DNA of 64,000 nt from Alphaproteobacteria bacterium (GTDB taxonomy: Bacteria; Pseudomonadota; Alphaproteobacteria; CALKHQ01): contig CBDDFZ010000001.1 of assembly GCA_965227515.1 (NCBI GenBank), positions 2,944,001 to 3,008,000 on the forward strand, read 5' to 3'. Position 1 is the first letter of the stretch. Each line of letters opens with the position of its first letter. The notes under the pieces are model-generated. The model searched no databases. It was not told the DNA's origin and worked only from the letters and a program-made list of their open reading frames with translations. A program made the translations under genes and the position numbers. Positions 1-9,816 of this stretch are shown piece by piece.

Positions 1-45
1 GCGCGGATGCTTCAGCCGTTCTTCGGCATCTGACGCACGAACTCC

Positions 46-1182
46 CTACGCCAGCAGCGCCTGCGCTTCCTCCTCGGTGAGGTGCGCGGGCCGCTCCGCG
101 CCCGACGCCACCTCGACAAAGCCGCCCTGTCGCGCCGACTGCTCGATCGCCTCTGCCACCTCCAGTACGTGGAGGCCCAGTCGGTCGCTGGTGCGATGCG
201 GGCGGCCCGCCTTGATCGCTGCCGCCATCTCGGCGATGCCGAGACCACGGAAGTTGGTGCGGGTGGGGTTGTCCACCGGCCAGTTCGGTGCGCCGAACAC
301 CCGGTCGTCCGACTTGATCACCGTCCAATTGTCCTTGCCGGTGCCGACTTCGATGTCACCGCCGAAGAAATTGGGATCGGGCGGCCGAATGGTTGCTGTG
401 GTGCCGTAGAGCTCCATCGGGCGGTGGCCGTGCGCCTGGACGTCCCAGCTCAGGGCCAGGAAGATGTGCGCGCCATTGCCGAAGCGCAGCAACGCCAGCG
501 CCGTGGTCGGCACCTCCACCTTGAAGGCCACGTCCTTGTTCGGCCCGTCGGCGCCGCACACACGTTCCGCCTTGCCGGTGGCCTCCACGCCGGCGACGGC
601 CGTGATCGGGCCGAGCAACTGAACCAGCGATGCGATGTAGTAGGGCCCCACGTCCAGCACCGGGCCGCCGCCGCGCTGGAAGAAGAAGGCCGGGTTCGGA
701 TGCCAGCTCTCCATGCCCGGGGACAGCATGAAGCAGGTGCCGGACAGGATCGTGCCGACCTTGCCGCTGTCGATCAGCTCGCGGCTGATGCGGTGCCCGG
801 CGCCAAGCACGGTGTCCGGCGCGACACCGACGCGCAGCCCCTTTGCCGCCGCCAGGTCCACCAGTTCCTTGCCCTCGTCGATGGAGATGCCGAGCGGCTT
901 TTCCGAATAGACGTGCTTGCCGGCGTTCAGCGCGGTGCGGGTGACAGTGGCGTGGGCCACCGGCACGGTGAGGTTCAGGACAATGTCGATCTCGGGGTCG
1001 TTGAGCAAGTCGTCCACCGCCGCGACGCGCAGGCCGTAAGCGTTGCCCAGCCGAGACGCGGCGGCTTCGTTCATGTCCGCGCACGCCACCATCTCGACGT
1101 CGCGGAAGCCCGGCATGTTGTGGGCGTAGATGCCGGAGATCACCCCGCATCCGATCACCCCTACCTTGAGTGGTTCGCTCAT
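46..1182 (-). CDS. Gfo/Idh/MocA family oxidoreductase
   Basis: N-terminal Rossmann VGVIGCGVIS, HVYSEKP motif, GGGPVLDVGPY. Confidence 0.93.
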   Translation of the reverse strand: MSEPLKVGVIGCGVISGIYAHNMPGFRDVEMVACADMNEAAASRLGNAYGLRVAAVDDLLNDPEIDIVLNLTVPVAHATVTRTALNAGKHVYSEKPLGISIDEGKELVDLAAAKGLRVGVAPDTVLGAGHRISRELIDSGKVGTILSGTCFMLSPGMESWHPNPAFFFQRGGGPVLDVGPYYIASLVQLLGPITAVAGVEATGKAERVCGADGPNKDVAFKVEVPTTALALLRFGNGAHIFLALSWDVQAHGHRPMELYGTTATIRPPDPNFFGGDIEVGTGKDNWTVIKSDDRVFGAPNWPVDNPTRTNFRGLGIAEMAAAIKAGRPHRTSDRLGLHVLEVAEAIEQSARQGGFVEVASGAERPAHLTEEEAQALLA

Positions 1183-1301
1183 CCTCTAACCTTTCAATTC
1201 ACAGAGCGGCCGGGCCCGGCCCGTGCCGCCGCGCGTGCGTCATGTTCGATTGTGCCCGGCGCGGTGCAACCGCCGCCGGTGCGTCGTGTTCGGCGCGCGG
1301 C

Positions 1302-2051
1302 CTACCAGTCGGCCATGGTCGCGACCGACCGCTGCATGAAGCGCGCGAAATCCGAAGGGTTGTCGTGCTCCAGGACCAGGAACTCCGGTTCCGCCGAGCG
1401 GATGGCCGGCAGCAGGGCGGCCCAGTCCATGGTGCCGTGGCCGACGTCGGCCCAGCCGTCCTCGTCCTGGTTCTGCCCGGCCGGTGCCAGATCCTTGATG
1501 TGGAACGACACGATCCTGTCGCGGTAGCGTTCGATCCACGCCAGCGGGTCCTGGCCCGCGCGGACCACCCAGCCGATATCCATCTGCCACCCCAGGTTCG
1601 GCGCGCCGGCAAGGATCAGGTCCATGGGGAACCGGCCGTCGCCGGTGGGCCGGAACTCGAAGTCGTGGTTGTGCCAGGCCAGCCGCAGGTCGTGTTCCGC
1701 CAGCCGGGCCTGCTGAACGCCAAGTTCGGCACCGAAGGCGGTCCAGCCATCGGCGTCGCTCGGCCGGTTGTCGGCCATCAGGAACGGAATGATCATCAGA
1801 CGCACGCCGATCGTCTTGGCGGTCGCGACCGTGGTGTCGAAGTTTTCCTGAAGGTCCACCAGGCCGACATGGGTGGTCGGCGCCACGAGCTCGTGCTGCT
1901 GCATGTCGCCTGTGTACTGGTCGGCATCGCGCAGCAACGCGGCGTAGAACTCCACATTGTGCAGTCCTGTATCGGCAACTGTCTTCAGCTGCGTCGCGAC
2001 AGGCGGGAAGTTGCGAGCCGAGTAGAGCTGCACCGAGATGTTGTCGAGCAT
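1302..2051 (-). CDS. Sugar phosphate isomerase/epimerase (AP endonuclease 2/IolE-like TIM barrel)
   Basis: SVQLYSAR start, WHNHDFEF, HIKD, VLEHD motifs; start moved to ATG 2051. Confidence 0.88.
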   Translation of the reverse strand: MLDNISVQLYSARNFPPVATQLKTVADTGLHNVEFYAALLRDADQYTGDMQQHELVAPTTHVGLVDLQENFDTTVATAKTIGVRLMIIPFLMADNRPSDADGWTAFGAELGVQQARLAEHDLRLAWHNHDFEFRPTGDGRFPMDLILAGAPNLGWQMDIGWVVRAGQDPLAWIERYRDRIVSFHIKDLAPAGQNQDEDGWADVGHGTMDWAALLPAIRSAEPEFLVLEHDNPSDFARFMQRSVATMADW

Positions 2052-2091
2052 GAAGGTCAAAACTCCAAGGGGGTGGCTGACGGCCGTTCGG

Positions 2092-3171
2092 CTAAAGCCG
2101 CTGGCCGGTATCGCTGGCAAAAAGGTTCAAGCGGTCGGGCGGAAACTCGACCTTCAGCGCCGACTGGGGCTTGCAATCGGCGTCGCCGTCCAGGCGCAGG
2201 CTGATGATCTTGTCCAGGTGCTTGCACCACACGATGGTTTCCGCACCCATCGGCTCGACCAGGTCGACGACAATGTCATGCAGGCCGTTGTCCGGTTCGA
2301 TCCGGATATGCTCGGGCCTGACACCCAGTTCCACGGCCATGCCTTCGGATGGCTGGTTGGCGAAGGCATAGCCATCCAGCGGTTGGCGCATACCGTCCGA
2401 CGCGAATACGGGGCGGCCGCCTTCCATTTCGATGCGGCCCTCGAAGAAGTTCATCTTCGGCGAGCCGACAAATCCGGCGACGAACCGGTTGGCCGGCCTG
2501 TGGTAGATCTCGTGCGGCGCATCGAGTTGCTGGATGATGCCGGCGTGCATGACCGCGATGCGGTCGGCGAGTGTCAGTGCTTCGATCTGGTCGTGCGTGA
2601 CATAGATCATGGTCGAGTTGCCAAGCTCGCGGTGCAGCCGCTTGAGCTCAACCCGCAGCTCGGTCCGGAGTGCCGCATCCAGGTTGGACAGCGGCTCGTC
2701 GAACAGGAAGACGTGAACGTCGCGCACCAGGGCCCGGCCGATTGCCACCCGCTGGCGCTGGCCGCCTGACAATTGCACGGGGCGCCGATGCATCAGGTCT
2801 TCGATGTGAAGGAGCTTGGCGGCATCGGCCACGCGCCGCTGAATCTCATCTCGGGGCATCCGCGCCATCTTCAGGCCGAACGACATGTTGCCGGCCACCG
2901 TCATGCGCGGATACAGCGCGTATGACTGGAACACCATGCCGATGCCCCGGTTCTTCGGCTCCTCCCAGGTGACGTTCTTGCCGTCGATCCAGATCTCGCC
3001 GTCTGAAATGTCGAGCAGGCCGGCGATCGAGTTCAGCAGCGTGGACTTGCCGCAGCCGGACGGGCCGAGCAACACGACGAACTCGCCTTCCTCCACTTCG
3101 ATGTTCAGGTCGTCCAGCACCTTCAGGTGGCCGAACGAGACGCCCAGGTCGCGGATCGAAACGCTTGCCAT
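2092..3171 (-). CDS. Carbohydrate ABC transporter ATP-binding protein (MalK-like)
   Basis: Walker A GPSGCGKST, LSGGQRQRVAIGRAL, FLFDEPLSNLD, C-terminal TOBE-like region. Confidence 0.96.
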   Translation of the reverse strand: MASVSIRDLGVSFGHLKVLDDLNIEVEEGEFVVLLGPSGCGKSTLLNSIAGLLDISDGEIWIDGKNVTWEEPKNRGIGMVFQSYALYPRMTVAGNMSFGLKMARMPRDEIQRRVADAAKLLHIEDLMHRRPVQLSGGQRQRVAIGRALVRDVHVFLFDEPLSNLDAALRTELRVELKRLHRELGNSTMIYVTHDQIEALTLADRIAVMHAGIIQQLDAPHEIYHRPANRFVAGFVGSPKMNFFEGRIEMEGGRPVFASDGMRQPLDGYAFANQPSEGMAVELGVRPEHIRIEPDNGLHDIVVDLVEPMGAETIVWCKHLDKIISLRLDGDADCKPQSALKVEFPPDRLNLFASDTGQRL

Positions 3172-3181
3172 CGGTTCAGCC

Positions 3182-4114
3182 TCAGCCCTTCACGGCGCCA
3201 GCGGCGATGCCGCGCACGAACCATCGGCCGGAGAAGAAGTAGACGGCCAGCGGCACGGCGGCTGTCAGGATGGTGGCGGCCATGTTGACGTTGTACTCCC
3301 GGGTTCCGGTGGTGGAGTTGACGACGTTGTTGAGCAGCACGGTCATCGGCATGTTGTCCCGCCCCGCGAAGACCGATCCGAACAGGAAGTCGTTCCAGAT
3401 GCCGGTGGTCTGCAGGATGACCGCGACAATGGTGATGGGCACCGACATCGGCATGATGATGCGGAAGAAGGCGGTCCAGAACCCGGCGCCATCGACGCGC
3501 GCGGCCTTGAACAGCTCCTCCGGCAACGCCGCAAAGTAGTTGCGGAACAGCAACGTGGTGATCGGCAGCCCGAATATGGTGTGGATGATGACGATGCCGG
3601 GCAGCGAGGCGAACAGCCCGACTTCGCGCAGGAAGATGATCAGCGGGTAGATGACCGCCTGGTAGGGGACGAAGGCGCCGAATATCAGCAGGCCGAAGAA
3701 CAGGTTGGCGCCCCTGAACCGCCAGAACGAGAGGGCATAGCCGTTCATGGCCGCGACCAGCACGGATACGATAACGCTGGGTACGGTGATCTTGATCGAG
3801 TTCCAGAAGCCGGGGCTGATACCGCTGCAATCGAGGCCTGTGCACGCGGTGGCCCATGCCTTGGTCCAGGCCTCGAACTCGATATCGCTCGGCCATGAGA
3901 ACAGGTAACCGAGTCTGATCTCGGGCATCCCCTTCAACGACGTCACCAGCATCACCCACAGCGGCGCCAGGAAGAAGAGCGCGGAGATGATGAGGAAGAC
4001 GTAGACGCCGACGCGGGCCGGTGTCAGACGCTTGGGCTTGGCGCCGCGAGGTCCGTCATGCGCGCCAATGCCGGTGGACCGGGCCATGGTGCTGTCACTG
4101 CTCGCGGCACTCAT
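3182..4114 (-). CDS. Carbohydrate ABC transporter permease (MalG-like)
   Basis: Hydrophobic segments, EAA-loop variant LFKAARVDGAG, C-terminal GIAAGAVKG. Confidence 0.93.
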   Translation of the reverse strand: MSAASSDSTMARSTGIGAHDGPRGAKPKRLTPARVGVYVFLIISALFFLAPLWVMLVTSLKGMPEIRLGYLFSWPSDIEFEAWTKAWATACTGLDCSGISPGFWNSIKITVPSVIVSVLVAAMNGYALSFWRFRGANLFFGLLIFGAFVPYQAVIYPLIIFLREVGLFASLPGIVIIHTIFGLPITTLLFRNYFAALPEELFKAARVDGAGFWTAFFRIIMPMSVPITIVAVILQTTGIWNDFLFGSVFAGRDNMPMTVLLNNVVNSTTGTREYNVNMAATILTAAVPLAVYFFSGRWFVRGIAAGAVKG

Positions 4115-5046
4115 CGCGTCAACAGCCCGGCGCGCCGCTTCTGGCGGTAGTCGGTCGCAGCCTTGATGAACAACAACACGACGATCGGGATCAGCATCAT
4201 GGTCGCCGCCGCCATGCCCAGCGCCACATTCTGGCGGTTCTGGATGTGCTCGATCACGAACACCGCCGGCATCTGCGATGCGATGCCGGGCCCGCCCTGG
4301 GTCATGGCGACCACCAGGTCATAGACGCGGACGATCTGGGTACATTGCAGGATGAACGCCGTCAGCACGGCGCCGCGGATCATCGGCAACACGATGAAAA
4401 GGTACGTTCGCCAGGTCGGAATGCCGTCGACCCGGGTGGCCTTCCATATCTCCTCATCGATGCCGCGCAGCCCGGCCAGCATGATCGCCATGGTCACGCC
4501 AACCCCGTTCCACACATTGCCGAGCACCAGGCCGTAGACGGCCTGGTCCTGGTTAACCAGCGGCGCGAACTGGAAGTCCTCCCAACCCAGCCTTTGGATG
4601 GTGGCGGAGATGCCCAGGTTCGGGTCCAGCATCCACTGCCACACAAGACCGGTCACCACCAGCGACATGGAAAACGGGTAGAGAAAGATGGTGCGGAACG
4701 TATCTTCCTGCTTGATGCGCTGATCGATGAACACCGCCAGCAGATAGCCAAAGGTCATCTGGAAAACGATGACCAGGGCGCCGAAGACCCAGATGTTCTC
4801 CACCGATACCAGCCACCGCGACGTGTCCCAAAGTCGCTCGTACTGGTCGATGCCAATGAAGTTGAAACGCGGGAACAGCTTGGCGTCGGTGAAAGACAGC
4901 AGGATCGAGTAGATGATGCCGGCGACATAGACGCCCAGCGCCACCATGATCATGGTGCTCGCACCCAGATACGGATGGATGGCTGAAAGGCGGAACGGTC
5001 TGCGCGTTCTTGGCCGCGCGGCCGAGACCTCTTGGGTGGCTGTCAT
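4111..5046 (-). CDS. Carbohydrate ABC transporter permease (MalF-like)
   Basis: LAGLRGIDEEIWKATRVDG loop, TM helices; start uncertain (5046 or 5085). Confidence 0.9.
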   Translation of the reverse strand: MTATQEVSAARPRTRRPFRLSAIHPYLGASTMIMVALGVYVAGIIYSILLSFTDAKLFPRFNFIGIDQYERLWDTSRWLVSVENIWVFGALVIVFQMTFGYLLAVFIDQRIKQEDTFRTIFLYPFSMSLVVTGLVWQWMLDPNLGISATIQRLGWEDFQFAPLVNQDQAVYGLVLGNVWNGVGVTMAIMLAGLRGIDEEIWKATRVDGIPTWRTYLFIVLPMIRGAVLTAFILQCTQIVRVYDLVVAMTQGGPGIASQMPAVFVIEHIQNRQNVALGMAAATMMLIPIVVLLFIKAATDYRQKRRAGLLTR

Positions 5047-5096
5047 GATACGCCGAAAACTGCCAGGGCTGTCCGGTTCGGTCACGAAAAGTCAGA

Positions 5097-5124
5097 GTGG
5101 CACGGCACCGCGGTGCCGTGCCAC
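5097..5124. other. Perfect 28-bp palindrome between SBP and permease genes (likely mRNA-stabilising hairpin)
   Basis: GTGGCACGGCACCGCGGTGCCGTGCCAC is self-complementary; a typical position in ABC operons. Confidence 0.65.
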
Positions 5125-5153
5125 GTGAGTGCGCTCCCGTAAGCGAGGAGCGC

Positions 5154-6404
5154 CTAGCTGGCGTCTTCGAGAATCTGGGCCAGACGCTCCTGCGCTTCCT
5201 CGATCGAGAGGTCGCGGTTGAAGGAGAATTCGGCCCAAAGGTCGTCAAGCTGGCCGGCCGTGTCTTCGGTGAAGAAGTTGTTCTGCGCCGGGACGACGTT
5301 ATTGGGGTCGGACAGGATTTCCAGACCCAGCTTCATGCAGTCGTCAGCCAACTCAAGGTCGACGTCGGCGCGCACGGGCAGCGAGCCCTTGGCCAGGTTG
5401 AACAATGCCTGCACGCGCGGGCTGATCATCAGCGAGGCCAGCTCGAGCTGAGCGGCTTCGACTTCCGGATCGTCCTGCTTCGGGAACAGGAAGATGTCGC
5501 CGCCGGTGTCCAGATAGGCGTGGTCGGCGGGTCCGCCGGCCAGGCACTCGTAGTCGACGCCAGGCACCTCGCCGGCAATGGCGAATTCGCCGCGCGCCCA
5601 GTCGCCCATGATCTGCAGGGCTGCCTGGTCGGTGATGATGAGGTTGGTGGTGTCGTTCCAGTTCCGGTTGCCGGAACCGTCGTCGATGTAGGACGTCATC
5701 TCGCGCCAGATCTCAAGCGCGTGCGCGATTTCCGGGCCTTGCGCATATTCGAGGTCGCGGTCGCGGTAGAGGCGCAGATAGCCTTCGGATCCGATCTCGC
5801 TCAGGATCACGACGTCAAGCGCGCCGGAGTGCTGCCAGCTCTCGCCGCCGATGGCGAACGGGATGAAGCCGGCTTCCTGGATGGCCGGCGCGGCGGCCAG
5901 GAACTCGGTCAGGTTGTTCGGCATCTCGACGCCGGCCTGTTCGAACACCGGGATCGAGGCCCAGCCCCACTGCCACGAGTGAATATTGACCGGCACGCAC
6001 CAGACGCGGCCGTCCTTGATGCATGGATCGAGAATCTGCGACGGGCGCACGACATCGGCCCAACCCTCGGCCTCGGCGAGATCGGTCAGATCGAGCAACA
6101 GGCCGGCCTCGATCAGCTCTTCATACTGACGGCCGGGGTTGAACTGCGCGGCATCGGGCGGGTCGCCGCCCAGGGTACGCTGCATCATGGCGGCACGCGC
6201 GTTCGGCCCACCGGCGATCGCGGTGTCGACCCAGGTGTTGTCAGTGGTGTCGTTGAACTCGTTGGCGAACACGGACACAGCCGCCTGCTCGCCACCCGAC
6301 GTCCACCAGTGCATCACCTCAACCTCGGCGGCCATCGCCGGGGTGCCAGCCAGTGCCACCAGCGCGGTGGTCTGCAGCAAAGTCGCGCAATTCAGGCGTT
6401 TCAT
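5154..6404 (-). CDS. Sugar ABC transporter substrate-binding protein
   Basis: Signal peptide, EVMHWWTSGGE, QIMGDWARGEF motifs of glucose-type SBPs. Confidence 0.93.
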   Translation of the reverse strand: MKRLNCATLLQTTALVALAGTPAMAAEVEVMHWWTSGGEQAAVSVFANEFNDTTDNTWVDTAIAGGPNARAAMMQRTLGGDPPDAAQFNPGRQYEELIEAGLLLDLTDLAEAEGWADVVRPSQILDPCIKDGRVWCVPVNIHSWQWGWASIPVFEQAGVEMPNNLTEFLAAAPAIQEAGFIPFAIGGESWQHSGALDVVILSEIGSEGYLRLYRDRDLEYAQGPEIAHALEIWREMTSYIDDGSGNRNWNDTTNLIITDQAALQIMGDWARGEFAIAGEVPGVDYECLAGGPADHAYLDTGGDIFLFPKQDDPEVEAAQLELASLMISPRVQALFNLAKGSLPVRADVDLELADDCMKLGLEILSDPNNVVPAQNNFFTEDTAGQLDDLWAEFSFNRDLSIEEAQERLAQILEDAS

Positions 6405-6484
6405 TCGATAGTCCTCCCTGTTCTGGCCCGGTCATTTTGGGCCGTTCGATCTTTCCGGTCGTCCGATGTGGACGCCGGGGTTTT

Positions 6485-6496
6485 GTAATCGATTAC
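6485..6496. promoter_or_regulatory. LacI-type operator palindrome GTAATCGATTAC
   Basis: Perfect palindrome with central CG between the divergent SBP and LacI genes. Confidence 0.7.
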
Positions 6497-6598
6497 CTTG
6501 AGTGTATGCTCTTGGATTAGGCTGTCAATCCTTTCCGGTCGCGGTATCTGTGGTGCCGATGGGGCGGACAGCGACGATCGGAACGACGACTCTTGACG

Positions 6599-7660
6599 AT
6601 GGAAAGCATTGCTAAACGGCGGCGGACGTCGCGCGGGGGCGTGACGATTCATGACGTGGCCGGTCGTGCCGGAGTCTCCACGGCGACGGTCAGCCGCGCG
6701 CTGATGACCCCGGAGCGGGTGCGGCCGGCAACGCGCGAAGCGGTGCTGCGTGCCGTCGCCGACACCGGCTACACGCCGAACCAGGCCGCGCGGTCGCTGC
6801 GCGCGCGCAAGACCATGATGGCGATGGTCATCGTGCCCAACGTCGGCAACGCCTTCTTCGTCGAGGTGCTGCGCGGCATCGACGCCGCGTTGTCGGAGGC
6901 CGGCTATGGCCTGATCATCGGGCATCTGGACAATTCCCACGCCAAAGAGCGCCATTTCGTCGAGCTGGCGCTGGCCGGGCAGGTCGATGGCGTCCTGCTG
7001 CTGAACGGCTGGATGCCGGTGAAGGACAATCGGCCGCTGACCGATGCGGGCATGCCGATCGTGTCGGTCGGCACGTATGTCGACAATCCAGAAATTCCCA
7101 AGATCATCGTGCGCAACCGCGAGGCATCGCAAGCCATTGCCGAGCACCTGATCGGTCTCGGCCACACCAGACTCGGCTACATTTCAGGTCCGCCGGGCAA
7201 CTGGGTCGACGGGCAGCGTTGGCAGGGGTTCAGCGAAGCAGTCGCGGCGGCGGGGCTGGACCCCGGCAGCATCCTGCGCTGGGGCGGACGGTTCGATTTC
7301 CATACCGGGGTCGCGGCGGCCGAGGCGTTCCTGAACGCGGCCCGCCGGCCGACCGCCGTGTTCGCCGCTAGCGACGAGATCGCCATCGGGTTCACAAAGC
7401 GGCTGCGCGCCGCGGACCTGGCCGTACCGCGCGATGTCTCGGTGGTCGGGTTCGACGGCATTGCCTTCGCCGAATTCTGCGAGCCGACGCTCACGACCAT
7501 TCTTCAGCCGCGGTTCGAGCTGGGGCGGGCGGGGGCCGCGGTGCTGTTGCGCATGCTGGAGGACCCGAACCACCGCCCGGACACCTGGACGTCGCTGGAT
7601 GCCGAGCTGGTGTGCCGCGAAAGCACCGCGCCGCCGCCGCCGTCGCAAAGCCACGCGTAG
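6599..7660 (+). CDS. LacI family transcriptional regulator
   Basis: VTIHDVAGRAGVSTATVSRAL HTH; VSVVGFDG..PTLTTI. Confidence 0.95.
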   Translation: MESIAKRRRTSRGGVTIHDVAGRAGVSTATVSRALMTPERVRPATREAVLRAVADTGYTPNQAARSLRARKTMMAMVIVPNVGNAFFVEVLRGIDAALSEAGYGLIIGHLDNSHAKERHFVELALAGQVDGVLLLNGWMPVKDNRPLTDAGMPIVSVGTYVDNPEIPKIIVRNREASQAIAEHLIGLGHTRLGYISGPPGNWVDGQRWQGFSEAVAAAGLDPGSILRWGGRFDFHTGVAAAEAFLNAARRPTAVFAASDEIAIGFTKRLRAADLAVPRDVSVVGFDGIAFAEFCEPTLTTILQPRFELGRAGAAVLLRMLEDPNHRPDTWTSLDAELVCRESTAPPPPSQSHA

Positions 7661-7698
7661 GAGATGTTCCGGACGGCCACGCTAACTGATCAAATAAA

Positions 7699-7734
7699 GA
7701 ACATATTGACAACAATCACCTTGGCTGATATGGT
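7699..7734 (+). promoter_or_regulatory. Sigma70-like promoter overlapped by a LexA-type box
   Basis: TTGACA (7706-7711) - 17 nt - TATGGT (7729-7734); GAAC-ATATTGA-CAAC (7699-7713) covers the -35. Confidence 0.7.
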
Positions 7735-7860
7735 GCGTCTACAGTCAAAGTAGACTGTTCCTTCCGGCCAAGCCGCTGCATCGATCGTTGATCCGGCGGC
7801 CCCGGACGACCGCGGGAAAGACCGCCGGCAAACGGTGCCCGTCAGCGCCGAGGAAACGGC

Positions 7861-8015
7861 CCGCCGGCCGGCCCGCGCAGATCGCGCGCTCCCAACACGC
7901 CAACTTGCCTGCCGCCCTCCCTCGGGCGGGCCTTGGCGTGCCAGCGCGCTGGTTTTGTTTCTGGGGCGCAGACTCAGCCTTAGCGTCCAACAAGAAACTG
8001 CGTGCCGGCCGGCGG
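7861..8015 (+). ncRNA. Candidate structured 5' leader RNA of the capsid gene
   Basis: Nested complementarity: 7861-7872/8004-8015 (12 bp perfect), 7884-7890/7943-7949, 7896-7903/7933-7940, 7912-7917/7924-7929, 7957-7962/7993-7998. Confidence 0.5.
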
Positions 8016-8060
8016 TCAACCGCTCCGCGCCTTCATCAACCAACTGAAGGAGACGTGGAA

Positions 8061-8948
8061 GTGTCTTTCGAAATCTCGACTTCGCATTCGCTGGACTACG
8101 GCGGCGCGGTTGCGCTCCGCCTGCAGCAGCGCGGGTCCAAGCTGCGCCCGACGGTGGAGGAGTCCGCCTTCAGGGGCAAGGCGGCGCGCGCTGTCGACCA
8201 GGTGGGCCCGGTCTCGGCGCAGAAGCGCACCACCCGCCACAGCGACACCCCGCTGATCAGCACGCCGCACTCGGCGCGCTGGATCTACCCCAACGACTAT
8301 GAGTGGGCGGACCTGATCGACGAGCAGGACAAGGTCCGCACCATCCACGAGCCGACCAACGCCTACACCGAGAACGGCGCCAATGCCCTGGGTCGCTCGA
8401 TGGACGATGAGATCATCACGGCGTTCTTCGGCACCGCCAAGACCGGCGAGAACGGCACCACCGACACCGCGTTCGACAGCGCCAACCAGACGGTGGCGGT
8501 CGACACCGGTGCCGGCGGCGCCACCGGCCTCAACGTCGCCAAGCTGCGCTATGCCAAGCGCATCCTGATGGCCAACGAGGTCGACGTCGACTACGAGCCG
8601 CTGTTCTGCGCCATCACCGCGCAGCAGCACGACGACCTGCTAAGCGAGACCCAGGCCATCAGCCTGGACTTCAACACCCGCCCGGTGCTGGTGGACGGCA
8701 AGATCTCCGCCTTCATGGGCTTCAACTTCGTCCATATCGAGCGCCTGCAGGTCGACGGCAGTTCCTATCGCCGCCTGCCGGTGTGGGGGCGCTCGGGCAT
8801 GCACCTGGGCGTGTGGGACGACATCGAGGGCAAGGTGACCGAGCGGGACGACAAGTCCTACTCCACCCAGGTCTATGTGCGCGGCACGTTCGGCGCGACG
8901 CGGACCGAGGAGGGCAAGGTCGTCGAAATCAAGTGTTCGGAAGCGTAG
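8061..8948 (+). CDS. Phage major capsid protein (podovirus type, HK97 fold)
   Basis: LQQRGSKLR, RHSDTP, ADLIDEQDKVR, GATRTEEGKVVEIKC motifs; AAGGAG RBS before GTG 8061. Confidence 0.9.
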   Translation: MSFEISTSHSLDYGGAVALRLQQRGSKLRPTVEESAFRGKAARAVDQVGPVSAQKRTTRHSDTPLISTPHSARWIYPNDYEWADLIDEQDKVRTIHEPTNAYTENGANALGRSMDDEIITAFFGTAKTGENGTTDTAFDSANQTVAVDTGAGGATGLNVAKLRYAKRILMANEVDVDYEPLFCAITAQQHDDLLSETQAISLDFNTRPVLVDGKISAFMGFNFVHIERLQVDGSSYRRLPVWGRSGMHLGVWDDIEGKVTERDDKSYSTQVYVRGTFGATRTEEGKVVEIKCSEA

Positions 8949-8959
8949 GGGGCTGAGCG

Positions 8960-9442
8960 ATGGCTGTGACCACACAACAGAGCACGCAACTGGCGCTGAC
9001 CGAGACCGAGCCGACCGATTTCAACCCCACCCACGAGTGGGCCGGGCGGCTGCGGTTCGCGCGCTTCGATTTCACCCAGTCCGGCGCCGGCGATGCCGGT
9101 TCGGTCGCCGAGCTGCTGACCCTGCCCGCCGGTAAGGTGCGGGTGGTGCTGCCGCTGAGCCGGATCGCGTTTTCCGCGCTCGGCGCCTCGCGCACCATGG
9201 ACTTCGGCTGGAAGGCCCATACCGGCGACGACGACGTCGCGGTGGCGGCCGACCCCAACGGCCTGGATGCCGCGGTCGACGTCTCCTCGGCCGGCTCGGT
9301 CAACCCCGGCGGCACTGTCGGCGGCGGCGAGACCTATCTGTTCGAGGCCAAGGCGGGCGTGACGCTCACCGCCACCATCAACGGCGGCACGTTCCCGGAC
9401 GCGGCGACGCTGAACGGCTACGTCGTCTACGTGGTCGACTGA
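8960..9442 (+). CDS. Probable capsid cement/decoration protein
   Basis: 160-aa beta-rich G/A/T protein directly after the capsid gene, ends YVVD. Confidence 0.6.
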   Translation: MAVTTQQSTQLALTETEPTDFNPTHEWAGRLRFARFDFTQSGAGDAGSVAELLTLPAGKVRVVLPLSRIAFSALGASRTMDFGWKAHTGDDDVAVAADPNGLDAAVDVSSAGSVNPGGTVGGGETYLFEAKAGVTLTATINGGTFPDAATLNGYVVYVVD

Positions 9443-9507
9443 ACGTAGATGGACGAGCGACACCTTTCCGGCTGCGCGGTAGGGGAGAAGTGGTAGCCGG
9501 GAAACGG

Positions 9508-9543
9508 GGCGGGCGTGGGCAGCGATGTCCGCGCCCGCCTTTT
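9508..9543 (+). terminator. Intrinsic terminator after capsid/cement genes
   Basis: GGCGGGCGTGGGCA-GCGA-TGTCCGCGCCCGCC hairpin followed by TTTT. Confidence 0.75.
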
Positions 9544-9557
9544 GTTCGCCATAGTTA

Positions 9558-9606
9558 GAACATAAGAGGAAAACAGATAGACAGAGGGTAGGTTGTATAA
9601 TAGTGT
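9558..9606 (+). promoter_or_regulatory. LexA-type box plus sigma70-like promoter for the lipoprotein/toxin cassette
   Basis: GAAC-ATAAGAG-GAAA (9558-9572); TAGACA (9578-9583) - 17 nt - TAGTGT (9601-9606). Confidence 0.55.
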
Positions 9607-9816
9607 CTCTGTATCATCCAATACGTGCATCTGGCATCAATTCCGTTTGCATCGACGCGCGTGCTTGTGGCGCTGGAACGGCGCACGGCCTCGCCCAGGG
9701 CGAGTACATTCCCGGCGATCATTCGCGGCCGCTCAACACGGATGCGAGCTGCCGACAGCGTCATGCCGCAACGCCCAATTTTGGAGAATTCAGCGACTGA
9801 CGACAGGCGTCTCAGA

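Noticed and set aside
7788-8060. 91-codon N-terminal extension of the capsid ORF in the ORF track
   Set aside because: Arg/Pro/Ala-rich and not capsid-like; a strong AAGGAG RBS precedes GTG 8061 and the region is better explained as a structured leader.
8061-8948. Encapsulin nanocompartment
   Set aside because: Motifs match phage capsids and the gene is linked to tail, fibre and lysis genes.
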